From Polyangiales bacterium (GTDB taxonomy: Bacteria > Myxococcota_A > Polyangia > Polyangiales > Ga0077539), in NCBI GenBank assembly GCA_046351555.1, contig JAXLYI010000006.1, positions 250,284 through 314,283 of the forward strand: DNA of 64,000 nucleotides. Reading direction: 5' to 3'. Shown here one piece after another: positions 40,101 to 48,952 of this stretch. Numbering within the stretch: the stretch's first letter is position 1; every line of letters begins with the position of its first letter. The notes beneath the pieces were generated by a model, which was given only the letters and a program-made list of their open reading frames with translations, was not told where the DNA came from and ran no database searches. A program made the position numbers and the translations under genes.

Positions 40101-40772
40101 ATGAGCCCCACCGACGAAGCCCCGCGCCGCCCCGACGGGCGCGTGAAATACCCCCGCACGCACCACCTCCCGTGGAGCCCCGGGCGCACGAGCGACGACC
40201 GCGTCCTCGAGTCGCTCGCGGGCTTCGAAGGCCAGGACGTCGTCGTCACCGCGAAGATGGACGGCGAGAACACCACGCTCATGCGCTCGTGCCTCCACGC
40301 GCGCTCGCTCGACTGGGAGCCGCACCCGTCGCGCACGATGATCAAGGCGCTCCACGCGCGCGTCGCCGACGACATCCCCGAGGGGTGGCGGCTCTGCGGC
40401 GAGAACCTCCAGGCCGTCCACTCGATCCGCTACGCGAACCTCCCCGACGTGTTCCTGCTGTTCTCCGTGTGGGACGAGAAGAACTGGTGCCTCTCGTGGG
40501 GCGAGACGCTCGACTGGGCCTCGCTGCTCGACCTCGCCACCGTGCCCGTGCTCTACCGCGGCCCGTGGGACGAAGACCTCGTGCGCGGGCTCTACACCCC
40601 GACGCTCGACGGCGACGCGTGCGAGGGCTACGTCGTCCGCACGAGCGAGGGCTTCCCCTACGCGGACTTCAAGCGCCGCGTGGGCAAGTACGTGCGCGCC
40701 CACCACGTGCAGACCGACCAGCACTGGATGCGCCGGGCCGTCGAGCTCAACGGGATCGTCAGGAAGCGGTAG
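40101..40772 (+). CDS. ATP-dependent RNA ligase family protein (Rnl2/PF09414-like nucleotidyltransferase)
   Basis: N-terminal KYPRTHHLPWS. KxDG adenylylation motif TAKMDGEN. About 223 aa. Confidence 0.6.
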   Translation: MSPTDEAPRRPDGRVKYPRTHHLPWSPGRTSDDRVLESLAGFEGQDVVVTAKMDGENTTLMRSCLHARSLDWEPHPSRTMIKALHARVADDIPEGWRLCGENLQAVHSIRYANLPDVFLLFSVWDEKNWCLSWGETLDWASLLDLATVPVLYRGPWDEDLVRGLYTPTLDGDACEGYVVRTSEGFPYADFKRRVGKYVRAHHVQTDQHWMRRAVELNGIVRKR

Positions 40773-40808
40773 CGGGAAGGCGGAGGCGGGGCGGAGGGAG
40801 GGGCGCGG

Positions 40809-41126
40809 TCACTCGACCGGCGAGGCGAGCCCGCCGCTGCGCGGGATCGGGATCTGCGGCGTGGGGCCGGCGAGCTGGAGATCGCGGGCCGGGAGCGCGG
40901 GCTCGGGCAGGGGGATGCCCTCGCGCGTGCCCTCGGGGACGCGCACGGCGTCGACCGCGGCGGGGAGGCTCGCGCGGACGTCGTGCTCGTGGCCCGACGC
41001 GACGGCGACGAGGCCGCTCCGCGTGGTGGCGAACACCGGGGACGCCGTCGTCACGGAGGAGGAGGCGCAGCCCGTGAGCCAGGCGCCGAGCGCGGAGGCG
41101 AGGAGCAGGGCGGACAGTCGCTTCAT
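40809..41126 (-). CDS. Small lipoprotein
   Basis: MKRLSALLLASALGAWLTGC lipobox. ATG overlaps the stop of the upstream regulator gene. Confidence 0.4.
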   Translation of the reverse strand: MKRLSALLLASALGAWLTGCASSSVTTASPVFATTRSGLVAVASGHEHDVRASLPAAVDAVRVPEGTREGIPLPEPALPARDLQLAGPTPQIPIPRSGGLASPVE

Positions 41127-44100
41127 GACTCGGGAGTATCGGTCGGATCGGACCCCCTGGCAAGGCCGTACTCCCGCACGAGCTGGGAGAGCCGCGGGCG
41201 CTTCATCCCGAGCAGCGCGGCGGCGCGGGTGATGTTGCCGCCGGCCTCGTCGAGGGCGCGCGCGATGCAGCCGCGCTCCACCTCGCGGCGCATGTCGAAG
41301 AGCGACACGCCGCCGTGCCGGATGCGGTCGTAGACGGCGTCGACCTCGTCGCGCGCGGCGGGCGCAGGCGCGGCGGGCGCGGTTGTCGAGGGCGCGAGTG
41401 TCATGGGCGCGCGCACCAGCTCGGGGAGGCCCTGGAGGTCGTCGGGGGCGATCTCGTCGCCGTCGGCGAAGAGGGCCGAGGCGCGCAGGACGTTCTCGAG
41501 CTCGCGGACGTTGCCCGGCCACGGGTGCTCGGCGAGCCGCCGCAGCGCCGCCGCGGTGAGCCGCCGGGGCGCCGCCTCCCCCGCGTCGCGCTCGAGGAAC
41601 CACGCCGCCAGCAGCGGCAGGTCTTCGAGGCGCTCGCGCAGCGGCGGGAGCTGGATGGTGAGCGACGAGAGCCGGAAGTAGAGGTCCTCGCGGAAAGTTC
41701 GGTCGCGAACCATCTGGGCGAGGTCGCGGTTGGTGGCGGCGATGATCCGCACGTCGACCTTGAGCGTCTCGTTGCCGCCGACGCGTTCGAAGGTGCGCTC
41801 CTGGAGCACGCGCAGCAGGGCGGCCTGGGTGGCCGGCGTCACGTCGCCGATCTCGTCGAGGAAGATCGTGCCGCCGTCGGCGAGTTCGAAGCGCCCGCGG
41901 CGGCGGCGGTCGGCGCCGGTGAAGGCCCCGCGCTCGTGGCCGAAGAGCTCCGAGAGCAGCACGCCCTCGGCCAGCGCCGCGCAGTTGACCTTCACCAGCG
42001 GCGCCGCCCGCCGGTGCGAGCCCTGGTGGAGCGCCTCGGCCACGCGCTCCTTGCCCGTGCCCGACTCGCCGTGCAGGAGCACCGTGACGTCCTGCGGCGC
42101 GACGCGCGCGATGCGTCGCCGCAGCTCGCGCATCGCCGCGCTCTCCCCGATGAGCCCGTGGCCCGTCGCGCGCACCGCCGCGGCCGGCGCGGGCCGCGGT
42201 CGCTCCGTCGGCGCCGCGCCCCCGGCGCCCTCCAGCCGCGCCGCGAGGAGCGCGCCGCCGCCGCGCGCGAGCTGCGCCCCGTACGACACCCGCAGCGCCT
42301 CGGGCACGCGCGCGAGGATCTCCTGCCGGAGCGCCTCGGCGAAGCCCGCCTGGCGCCGCGCGGCCGTCGGGTCGTCGCGGTCGAGCAGCGCCATCCCGAC
42401 GGCGACGTGGGCGCGGTAGCGGAGGTCGCGGTCGCTGGTGGCCTCGGCCAGCTCGAGGGCGCGGCGCGCGTGGGGAAGGCGTCCTCGCCGCGGCTGCGCG
42501 CGAGCTCGGCGGCGAGGAGCGCGCGCTCGACCCGCGCGGACGGGGCGCCGCCCTCCTCGGGCACGAAGGCGAGCTCGGCCTCGGCGCGCGGGAGGTCGCC
42601 GTCGACCAGGGCCGCGCGGGCGAGCAGGAGCCGCGCGTCGGCCTGCTGGAGCGCGTCGCCGACGGCGGCGAAGACCCCGAGCGCCTGGCCGAGCGAGGCG
42701 CGGGCGGCCTCGGTGCGCGCGTCGGCGAGCTCGACGCGGGCGCGGAGCATGAGGTTCTCCGCGGCGATGGGGCCGGTGAAGCCGCGGGCCACCTGGGCGG
42801 CGTACTCGCAGAGCCGCCGGGCGCGCGCCACCTCGCCGACGTGGGCGTAGAGCTCGCCGAGGTTGTGCGCGACGCGCGCGAGGAAGCGCCGGTTGCCCAC
42901 GCGCGTGAGGATCCCGAGGGCCTCCTGGTAGCGCTGGAGCGCGTCGCCGTAGCGGCCCTGGAGGTGCGCGACGACGGCCTCGTTCTCCCGCAGCACGCCG
43001 CGGAGCATCATCGAGCCGGCGCCGTCGGCCACCGCGCGCGCCTCGCCGAGCTGGCGGGCCGCCTCGTCGAGGTCGCCGCGCCAGATCGCCACCACGCCGA
43101 GGTTGATGAGCCCGCGCAGGATCTCCGTCCCCGCGCCCCGCGCCCGCGCCCGCTCCAACCCCTCGCGCGACCACTCCCACCCCGCGTCGAGCTCGCGCCG
43201 CGCGAGGAACACCTTCGTCATCGTGTTGCGCGCCCGCGTCGCCACCGGGTCGACGTCGCGCGACAGCGCGATCGCCTCCCGCGCGAGGCGCTCGGTCTCG
43301 TCGAGGCGGCCGCGAACGTACGAGAGCTCCGCGCGCAGCGCCGCGTTGGCCGCCCGCTGGGCGGTGTCGTCGTCGCGGGTGCGCGCGTCGGCCCGCCCGA
43401 GCGCCGCCTCGGCCGCGTCCCAGTCGCCCGCGCCGAGGGCGAGCGAGGCGTCGAGGCGCGGGAGCTCCGGGTCGTCGGGGGCGACGCGCTCGGCCGCGGC
43501 CACCACCGCGCGCGCCTCCGCGTGGGCCGCGATCGGGGGCGCCGCCGCGGCCGCGACGCGGGCGAGCTCGCGCGCGGTGTGGGGCGCGGCGTGCGGCGAG
43601 GCGAGGTGCGCGAGCGCGAGCGCCGACGCGGGCGCGTGACGTCGCAGGAGCGAGCGGGCAACGGCGACGGCCTCCGCAGCGGCCTCGGCGGGGCGGTCGC
43701 CGGCGAGTCGGTGGAGGACGGCTTCTTCGGGCGACGCGCGGCCCCAGGCGTCGAGCGCGACCCCGAGCGACTCGCGGAGGATCAGCAGCTCGCCCGCGTC
43801 GAGGCGCGCGAGGGCCGCCTCACCCTCGTCGTGGCGCGCGAGGCCCACCACCACGTCGCCCGCCGCCGGGTCGAGCGCGCGCCACGCCGTCGAGGCCGCG
43901 ATCAGCGTCGGGATCGCGCGGGTGACCGCCTGCGCGTCGACCCCGAGGGCCCCGGCCACCACGCCCGCGGGCAGCGGCCGGTCGGCGAGGCTCAGCGCGG
44001 CGAGCACCCGGCGCGGCAGCTCGCCGAGCTCGTCGAGGCGCGCGGCCACCTCGCTCTCGCGCGGCGGCGGCAGGCGCTCGAGCATCGCGAGGACGGCCGC

Positions 44101-44808
44101 GGGGTTGCCCGACGTCGCCGCGTGCAGGCGGGTGACGGCGGCCTCCGTGACGAGGATGCGCCGGACGCCGTCGGGCGAGAGGCCCTCGAGTTCGAAGCGC
44201 TCGGCGCGCGGGTGGTCGAGCGGGTCACCGAGATCGGCGGCTCGGATGCCCGCGACGAAGAGGGCCGCGGGCGCGCCGGGCGTGGGCTCGCCGGCGGGCC
44301 CGGCGGCGTCGAGGAGCGCGCGCACCAGGGCCCGCGTCGCGTCGTCGGCCCGCGACCAGCCGCGCAGGAGCACGAGCACCGGGCGCAGCCGGGCCACCGC
44401 GGCGAGCAGCCGGGCGACGGCCTCGGTGAAGCGGATCGCGGCCTCCTCGTCGCCGTCGTCGAGCGCGTCGCCCTCGCGGGCCCGCGCCGAGCGGGCGCCG
44501 ACCAGCGGGGCGAGGGCGTCGAGGTCGGCGGGCGAGAGGAGGTCCTGCGCGTCGCGGGCGCGCAGCCAGGCGAGGGCCTGCGCGGCGATCGGGACGAAGG
44601 GCGCGTAGGCCGCGTGCCGCACGCACCAGCCTTCGAGCGCGGGGAAGCCCGCCGCGCGGCACTGCTCGCGGAGCTCGTCGAGCAGGCGCGACTTGCCGAT
44701 GCCCGGGGGGCCGGTGACCGTCACCATCGACGCGCCGTTGGCCCCGGTGGCCTCGAGGCGCGAGGTGACCCACGCGAGCTCGCGCTCTCGTCCGACGCAG
44801 GCCGTCAT
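41123..44808 (-). CDS. Large AAA-ATPase/TPR/sigma-54 activator/HTH regulator with an apparent frameshift
   Basis: N-terminal Walker A VTGPPGIGKS and TPR-like repeats (938-aa ORF). C-terminal sigma-54 interaction domain (GESGTGKE, GAFTG, ESELFGHE-like) plus Fis-type HTH (685-aa ORF). The frames join if one C is added at the C4 run (+ strand G4 42473-42476). Confidence 0.65.
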
Positions 44809-45536
44809 GGCCCGGCGGTTCTATCACCACCGCGCGCCGCGACGCCATGGAGCACCAGCTCGATCAGCGCGCCGGTGACGGCCTCCGGCGAGCCGATCGC
44901 GCCCTCCGAGAGCGTGCGGAAGAGGATCGCCTCCACCGCCCCGAGCACCGCCGCCGCGCTCACCTCCGGGTCGACCGGGCGCAGCAGCCCGTGCGCGCGG
45001 CCCGCGAGGGTGAGCGCGAGGGCCCCGTCGCGCAGCGAGCGCGCGAGGGCCGCGATCGGGCGGCGCGCGCCGACGCCCGGGGCGCGCGACTCCTGGAGGT
45101 AGAGCCGCGCGACGGAGGGGTGGTCCATCAGGGCGGCGCCGCAGTCGGCGGCGAGCGCGGCGTAGGCGGCGACGAGGGCGCCGGGCTCCTCCGCGGCGCG
45201 CAGCGCGGCCTCGCAGCGCGCGAAGGCGTCGCGGAGCCGCGCGGACACCGGCTCGAGCAGCGCGTCGACCACGTCGGCCTTGTCCTTGAAGTACGTGTAG
45301 AAGCTGGCCTTGGAGACGCGGGCCCGCGCGGCGATGTCCTCCACCGCCACGGCCTCCACCCCCTGCTCGAGGAAGAGCCGCAGCGCCGCCGTGGCGATCG
45401 CCTCGGTGCGGGCGCGGCGCCGGCGGTCGCGGGGCCCCCCCTCGGGCCCGGGCCGCTCCTCGGGCACGCTCCGGGGCTCGACCCGCACGCGCTTCACCCG
45501 CGGGCTTGACACGGCGCCCCCGCGGGGTAGATGCAT
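44805..45536 (-). CDS. TetR-family transcriptional regulator
   Basis: HTH AIATAALRLFLEQGVEAVAVEDIAARARVSKASFYTYF. The stop overlaps the regulator ATG. The start is probably an internal GTG. Confidence 0.8.
   Translation of the reverse strand: MHLPRGGAVSSPRVKRVRVEPRSVPEERPGPEGGPRDRRRRARTEAIATAALRLFLEQGVEAVAVEDIAARARVSKASFYTYFKDKADVVDALLEPVSARLRDAFARCEAALRAAEEPGALVAAYAALAADCGAALMDHPSVARLYLQESRAPGVGARRPIAALARSLRDGALALTLAGRAHGLLRPVDPEVSAAAVLGAVEAILFRTLSEGAIGSPEAVTGALIELVLHGVAARGGDRTAGP
45506..45533 (+). promoter_or_regulatory. Candidate sigma-70-like promoter (TTGACA-N16-TAGATG) in the TetR/hydroxylase divergent region
   Basis: Perfect -35 hexamer and a weak -10, about 45 nt upstream of ATG 45578. 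Confidence 0.3.
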
Positions 45537-45577
45537 TGACCAGACGGTCGGGTTTTCAACGCACGCACGGAGCCCCC

Positions 45578-46135
45578 ATGATCGGAATCCCCCTGGCGCT
45601 CGCGGCCTTCAACGCGAGCGAGTGGCTGGTCCACCGCTACGTCCTCCACGGCCTCGGCCGGCGCAAGGGGACCTACTGGAGCTTCCACTGGCACGAGCAC
45701 CACCGCAACGCGCGGCGCCACGGCATGGACGACAGCGACTACCGCCGCGGGCTGCTCGGGTGGCACGCGCAGGCCAAGGAGGCCCTCGGGCTGGGGCTCT
45801 CGGCGCTGACGCTCCTGCCCCTGGCGCGGCGGGCGCCGTGGTTCGTCGCGACGGCCTGGGCGTGCCACGGGTACTACTACTACGTGCACCGCCGGTCGCA
45901 CCGCGACCCGGCCTGGGCGCGCGAGCACCTGCCCTGGCACTACGACCACCACATGGGGCCCAACCAGCACGCCAACTGGTGCGTCACGTACCCCTGGTTC
46001 GATCGGGTGATGGGCACGCGCGAGCCCTACGTCGGCACCGACCGGGAGGCGGCCGACCGGGCGCGCGCGGCGAAGCGGGCGGGGCGCGGGGGCGGGGCCG
46101 ACGACGCGGTGGAAGCGGGCGCGGTCACCGCGTGA
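45578..46135 (+). CDS. Fatty-acid hydroxylase/sterol desaturase superfamily membrane protein
   Basis: Histidine boxes HWHEHH, HRRSH and HYDHH. Divergent from TetR. Confidence 0.7.
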   Translation: MIGIPLALAAFNASEWLVHRYVLHGLGRRKGTYWSFHWHEHHRNARRHGMDDSDYRRGLLGWHAQAKEALGLGLSALTLLPLARRAPWFVATAWACHGYYYYVHRRSHRDPAWAREHLPWHYDHHMGPNQHANWCVTYPWFDRVMGTREPYVGTDREAADRARAAKRAGRGGGADDAVEAGAVTA

Positions 46136-46511
46136 CCTCGCCCCCGGCGGAGCGCGCCGGGGTCTCGTCGCCGACGTACTCCACGGCGGTGCCCACCATG
46201 ATCCGGCGCCCGCGCGTGGGGCGGCTGGTCACGTCGATGATGGCGTCGGCCTGGGCCTCGCAGCCGCCGAGGGCGAGGTGCTGGCGGCACTCGGCCTCCT
46301 TCGACTCGCCGCACTCCGCGGTCACCACGGCGAAGGCCTCGCGGGGCTGGTCGGGGCCGTGGTCGTTGTGAACCGGCAGGGACTCGGGCGTGCAAGCCTC
46401 TGCACGGGGGGCCCGGCGGTCGCCCATGCGCCGGACGTGGTGCGACGGTGACACGCACCCGAAGGCCGAGGCGAGGGCGAGGGTGGAGAGGAGAACAACG
46501 AAGCGGGGCAT
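46125..46511 (-). CDS. Small Cys-containing lipoprotein
   Basis: MPRFVVLLSTLALASAFGC lipobox. The listed ORF's N-terminal extension is rejected. Confidence 0.4.
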   Translation of the reverse strand: MPRFVVLLSTLALASAFGCVSPSHHVRRMGDRRAPRAEACTPESLPVHNDHGPDQPREAFAVVTAECGESKEAECRQHLALGGCEAQADAIIDVTSRPTRGRRIMVGTAVEYVGDETPARSAGGEVTR

Positions 46512-46711
46512 CGCGCGGATGATCGACGCAGGGCCGGTGCCCTGGCAATCACCTTCGCGGTGACGAACCCCATGGATCTGCGACGGCGTCTCGAGGTGCC
46601 GCGAGGACGGGGGAGCCCCCCGCGTCGTGGCCGGGATGGCGGTCCCCCATTCGGAGGGACCCACCGACGCGCCACGAAGCTCTTTCTCCAACATCAGCGC
46701 ACACCGTCGCC

Positions 46712-46733
46712 CCGTCGCAGATCGATGGGGTCC
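46712..46733. repeat. 22-bp direct repeat, copy 1 (ccgtcgcagatcgatggggtcc)
   Basis: Matches copy 2 at 20 of 22 positions. Intergenic. Confidence 0.5.
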
Positions 46734-46980
46734 GTTGTGGGCGCGGGATGTGAGATCCAGCGAAAGCCTCCGGTGACCGCGACCACGTCCGAAGTTGGAG
46801 CATGGTCCGTGCCGACGCTCGCGAGGGCGCAGCCGCGGGCGCGGGGAACCTCAACGATCTACGCCGGCGCCGCGGGCGGCCAGGTTGGCTGGTCCTCCCC
46901 CGGACCCGGAGTTCCGAACCGCCCGTCAAGTGCCCCCACTGTATGGGTCCTTTCAAACAGCCTCGTGGGAGCGAACGGCG

Positions 46981-47002
46981 CCGTCGCAGATCGTTGGTGT
47001 CC
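46981..47002. repeat. 22-bp direct repeat, copy 2 (ccgtcgcagatcgttggtgtcc)
   Basis: Matches copy 1 at 20 of 22 positions, 269 bp downstream. Confidence 0.5.
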
Positions 47003-47343
47003 TCCAAAAATGAGCAGACTGCTCAGTGCAACGGACAGACCGTCCTCGCCAAACCCTGCAACCCTCGAAACTCCGCAGTTTTCCTGAGAAATCCGCGGCC
47101 CTCACGATGCTCCCTAGCTACCCGAAGATGCAGTCGAGCATCGCGTGGGCGGAGGCGACCAACGCGCGGATGTCCCTGTGCAGCAAGGGGATGTGCTCGA
47201 ACATCCACCGCGCATCCCCCGGCGCGGCGTCCAGGGCGAGGGCGCTGGTTGGACGTTCCCGTCCACTGGGGGAGGGCCCCTGGCACGGTGCGGGCCGCCG
47301 GAAAGTGGGCGGCGTTGCACCGGTGCGACGATACTCGCGATCG

Positions 47344-48333
47344 ATGCAACCGCAGCCCGCCGCGCCCGATCTCCGCATGGTCGACCTCCGCTCGGTGCGC
47401 GTCCCCCCCTGGCGGCTCCGGGCGCTGGGTGACCTCGACGCCCTGCGCGAGTCGATCGCAGCCGCCGGGCTCCTCCACCCGATCGTGGTCGACCCGTCGC
47501 TCACCCTCGTGTGCGGGATGCACCGCCTCGAGGCCTGCCGCGCGCTCGGGTGGGAGACCATCCCCGCGCTCGTGACGTCGCTCGAGGGCCCCTACGCCCA
47601 GCTCGCCGAGGTGGACGAGAACCTCTGTCGACGCGAGCTCACCGTGCTCGAGCGCGCCGAGCACATCGCCCTCCGCCTCAAGCTCTGGGAGCAGACCCAG
47701 CCCCCGCCCCCCGAAGAGGCCGCCGCGAAGAAGAAGCCCCCGAAGCGCGCCGAGGCCCCGCTGGTGGCCTTCCTCGACGACACCGCGCGCCGCACCGGCC
47801 GCGGCAAGGCGGCGGTGCGCGAGGAGCTCCGCATCGGCGAGCTCCCCGAGGACGTGCGCGCCACCGCCCGCGAGACGCCCATCCACGACAACAAGCGCGA
47901 GCTCCTCGCCCTCACCCGCATGCCCGAGGAGGAGCAGCGCCGCGCCGTCCAGGCCGTGCGCGACGGCGAGGCGAAGAGCGTCCGCAAGAAGAAGCCCCCG
48001 CGCCCCAAGAGCGCCCCCGAGGCGGGCGAAGCCGCGGGCGCCGACGCACCCCCCGCGGGCACCGGGGGCCTGGTCGCGTCCGCGCTCCCCGAGGAGGAGG
48101 CGCCCACCTGGTCGCAGGACGGGAGCGCCTTCCTCGAGGAGCGCGCGCGCGCCGACGTGATCCGCATCGTCGGCGAGCTCCAGCGCCTGCTCGCGAAGGC
48201 CGGCACGCTCTGGACGTCGCAGCGCGACGAGAGCGGCGAAGGGCGCGAGCGCCTCGACGACGCGACGCGCGCGGTGGGCCGCCTCGCGCGCTGGATGGAG
48301 GGCGCCGGCGAGCCCGCCTCCGACGCCGCCTGA
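47344..48333 (+). CDS. ParB/Spo0J-like protein (orphan, no ParA)
   Basis: ParB N-terminal box LLHPIVV ... GMHRLEACR. HTH region ELRIGELPEDVRA ... LTRMPEEEQ. K/P-rich low-complexity segments. Confidence 0.6.
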   Translation: MQPQPAAPDLRMVDLRSVRVPPWRLRALGDLDALRESIAAAGLLHPIVVDPSLTLVCGMHRLEACRALGWETIPALVTSLEGPYAQLAEVDENLCRRELTVLERAEHIALRLKLWEQTQPPPPEEAAAKKKPPKRAEAPLVAFLDDTARRTGRGKAAVREELRIGELPEDVRATARETPIHDNKRELLALTRMPEEEQRRAVQAVRDGEAKSVRKKKPPRPKSAPEAGEAAGADAPPAGTGGLVASALPEEEAPTWSQDGSAFLEERARADVIRIVGELQRLLAKAGTLWTSQRDESGEGRERLDDATRAVGRLARWMEGAGEPASDAA

Positions 48334-48442
48334 GCGCGCCCGCGCCCGCGACGTCGCGCCGGTAGAAGGTTGACGGCGCGCGCGCAGAAGCCTTGGATTG
48401 CCGCGATTTTCACGCGGCCCGGCGATTGCTTTTCTCCGCCGC

Positions 48443-48952
48443 ATGCGACTCGCGACGCTCACGCTCGCATGGCTCGCGGCGGGCTGCGCGTCGACCGTCG
48501 ACGGCGACGTCGACGGCGGCGGCCGCGACGTGGCCGACGCGCGCGGCGACGCGTTCGCGCGCGAGGTCGCGTACTTCGACGCGTCGGCGTACGAGATCTT
48601 CCGCGACCCGCCGTGCCCCGACGGCGGCGCGGGCCCGCGGCGCGTGTACGAGTGCGACCCGCTGCGGCAGACGGGCTGCCCCGTGCGCCAGGGCTGCTAC
48701 GTGTACGTCGACCCGCCCGCCGACCGCTGCGGCGCGGAGACGTACCGCGCGCGGTGCTTCGGCGAGGGGGCGCGCACGCAGGGGCAGTTCTGCACCGGCG
48801 GGGCGGAGTGCGCCGTCGGCTACAGTTGCTTCATCACGGGCGCGATGAACCGCTGCCTCCGCCTCTGCCGCCTCGACGGCGACGGGGCGCCGTGCGCGCG
48901 CGGGCTGGTGTGTCAGCCGACCGACCTTCCCGACTTCGGGGCGTGCAACTGA
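48443..48952 (+). CDS. Cys-rich lipoprotein
   Basis: MRLATLTLAWLAAGCAST lipobox and 16 Cys. The stop overlaps the next ATG. Confidence 0.5.
   Translation: MRLATLTLAWLAAGCASTVDGDVDGGGRDVADARGDAFAREVAYFDASAYEIFRDPPCPDGGAGPRRVYECDPLRQTGCPVRQGCYVYVDPPADRCGAETYRARCFGEGARTQGQFCTGGAECAVGYSCFITGAMNRCLRLCRLDGDGAPCARGLVCQPTDLPDFGACN

Noticed and set aside
46900-46925. tRNA-like T-loop ggagttccgaacc
   Set aside because: No complementary T-stem or acceptor-stem pairing, and no CCA context.
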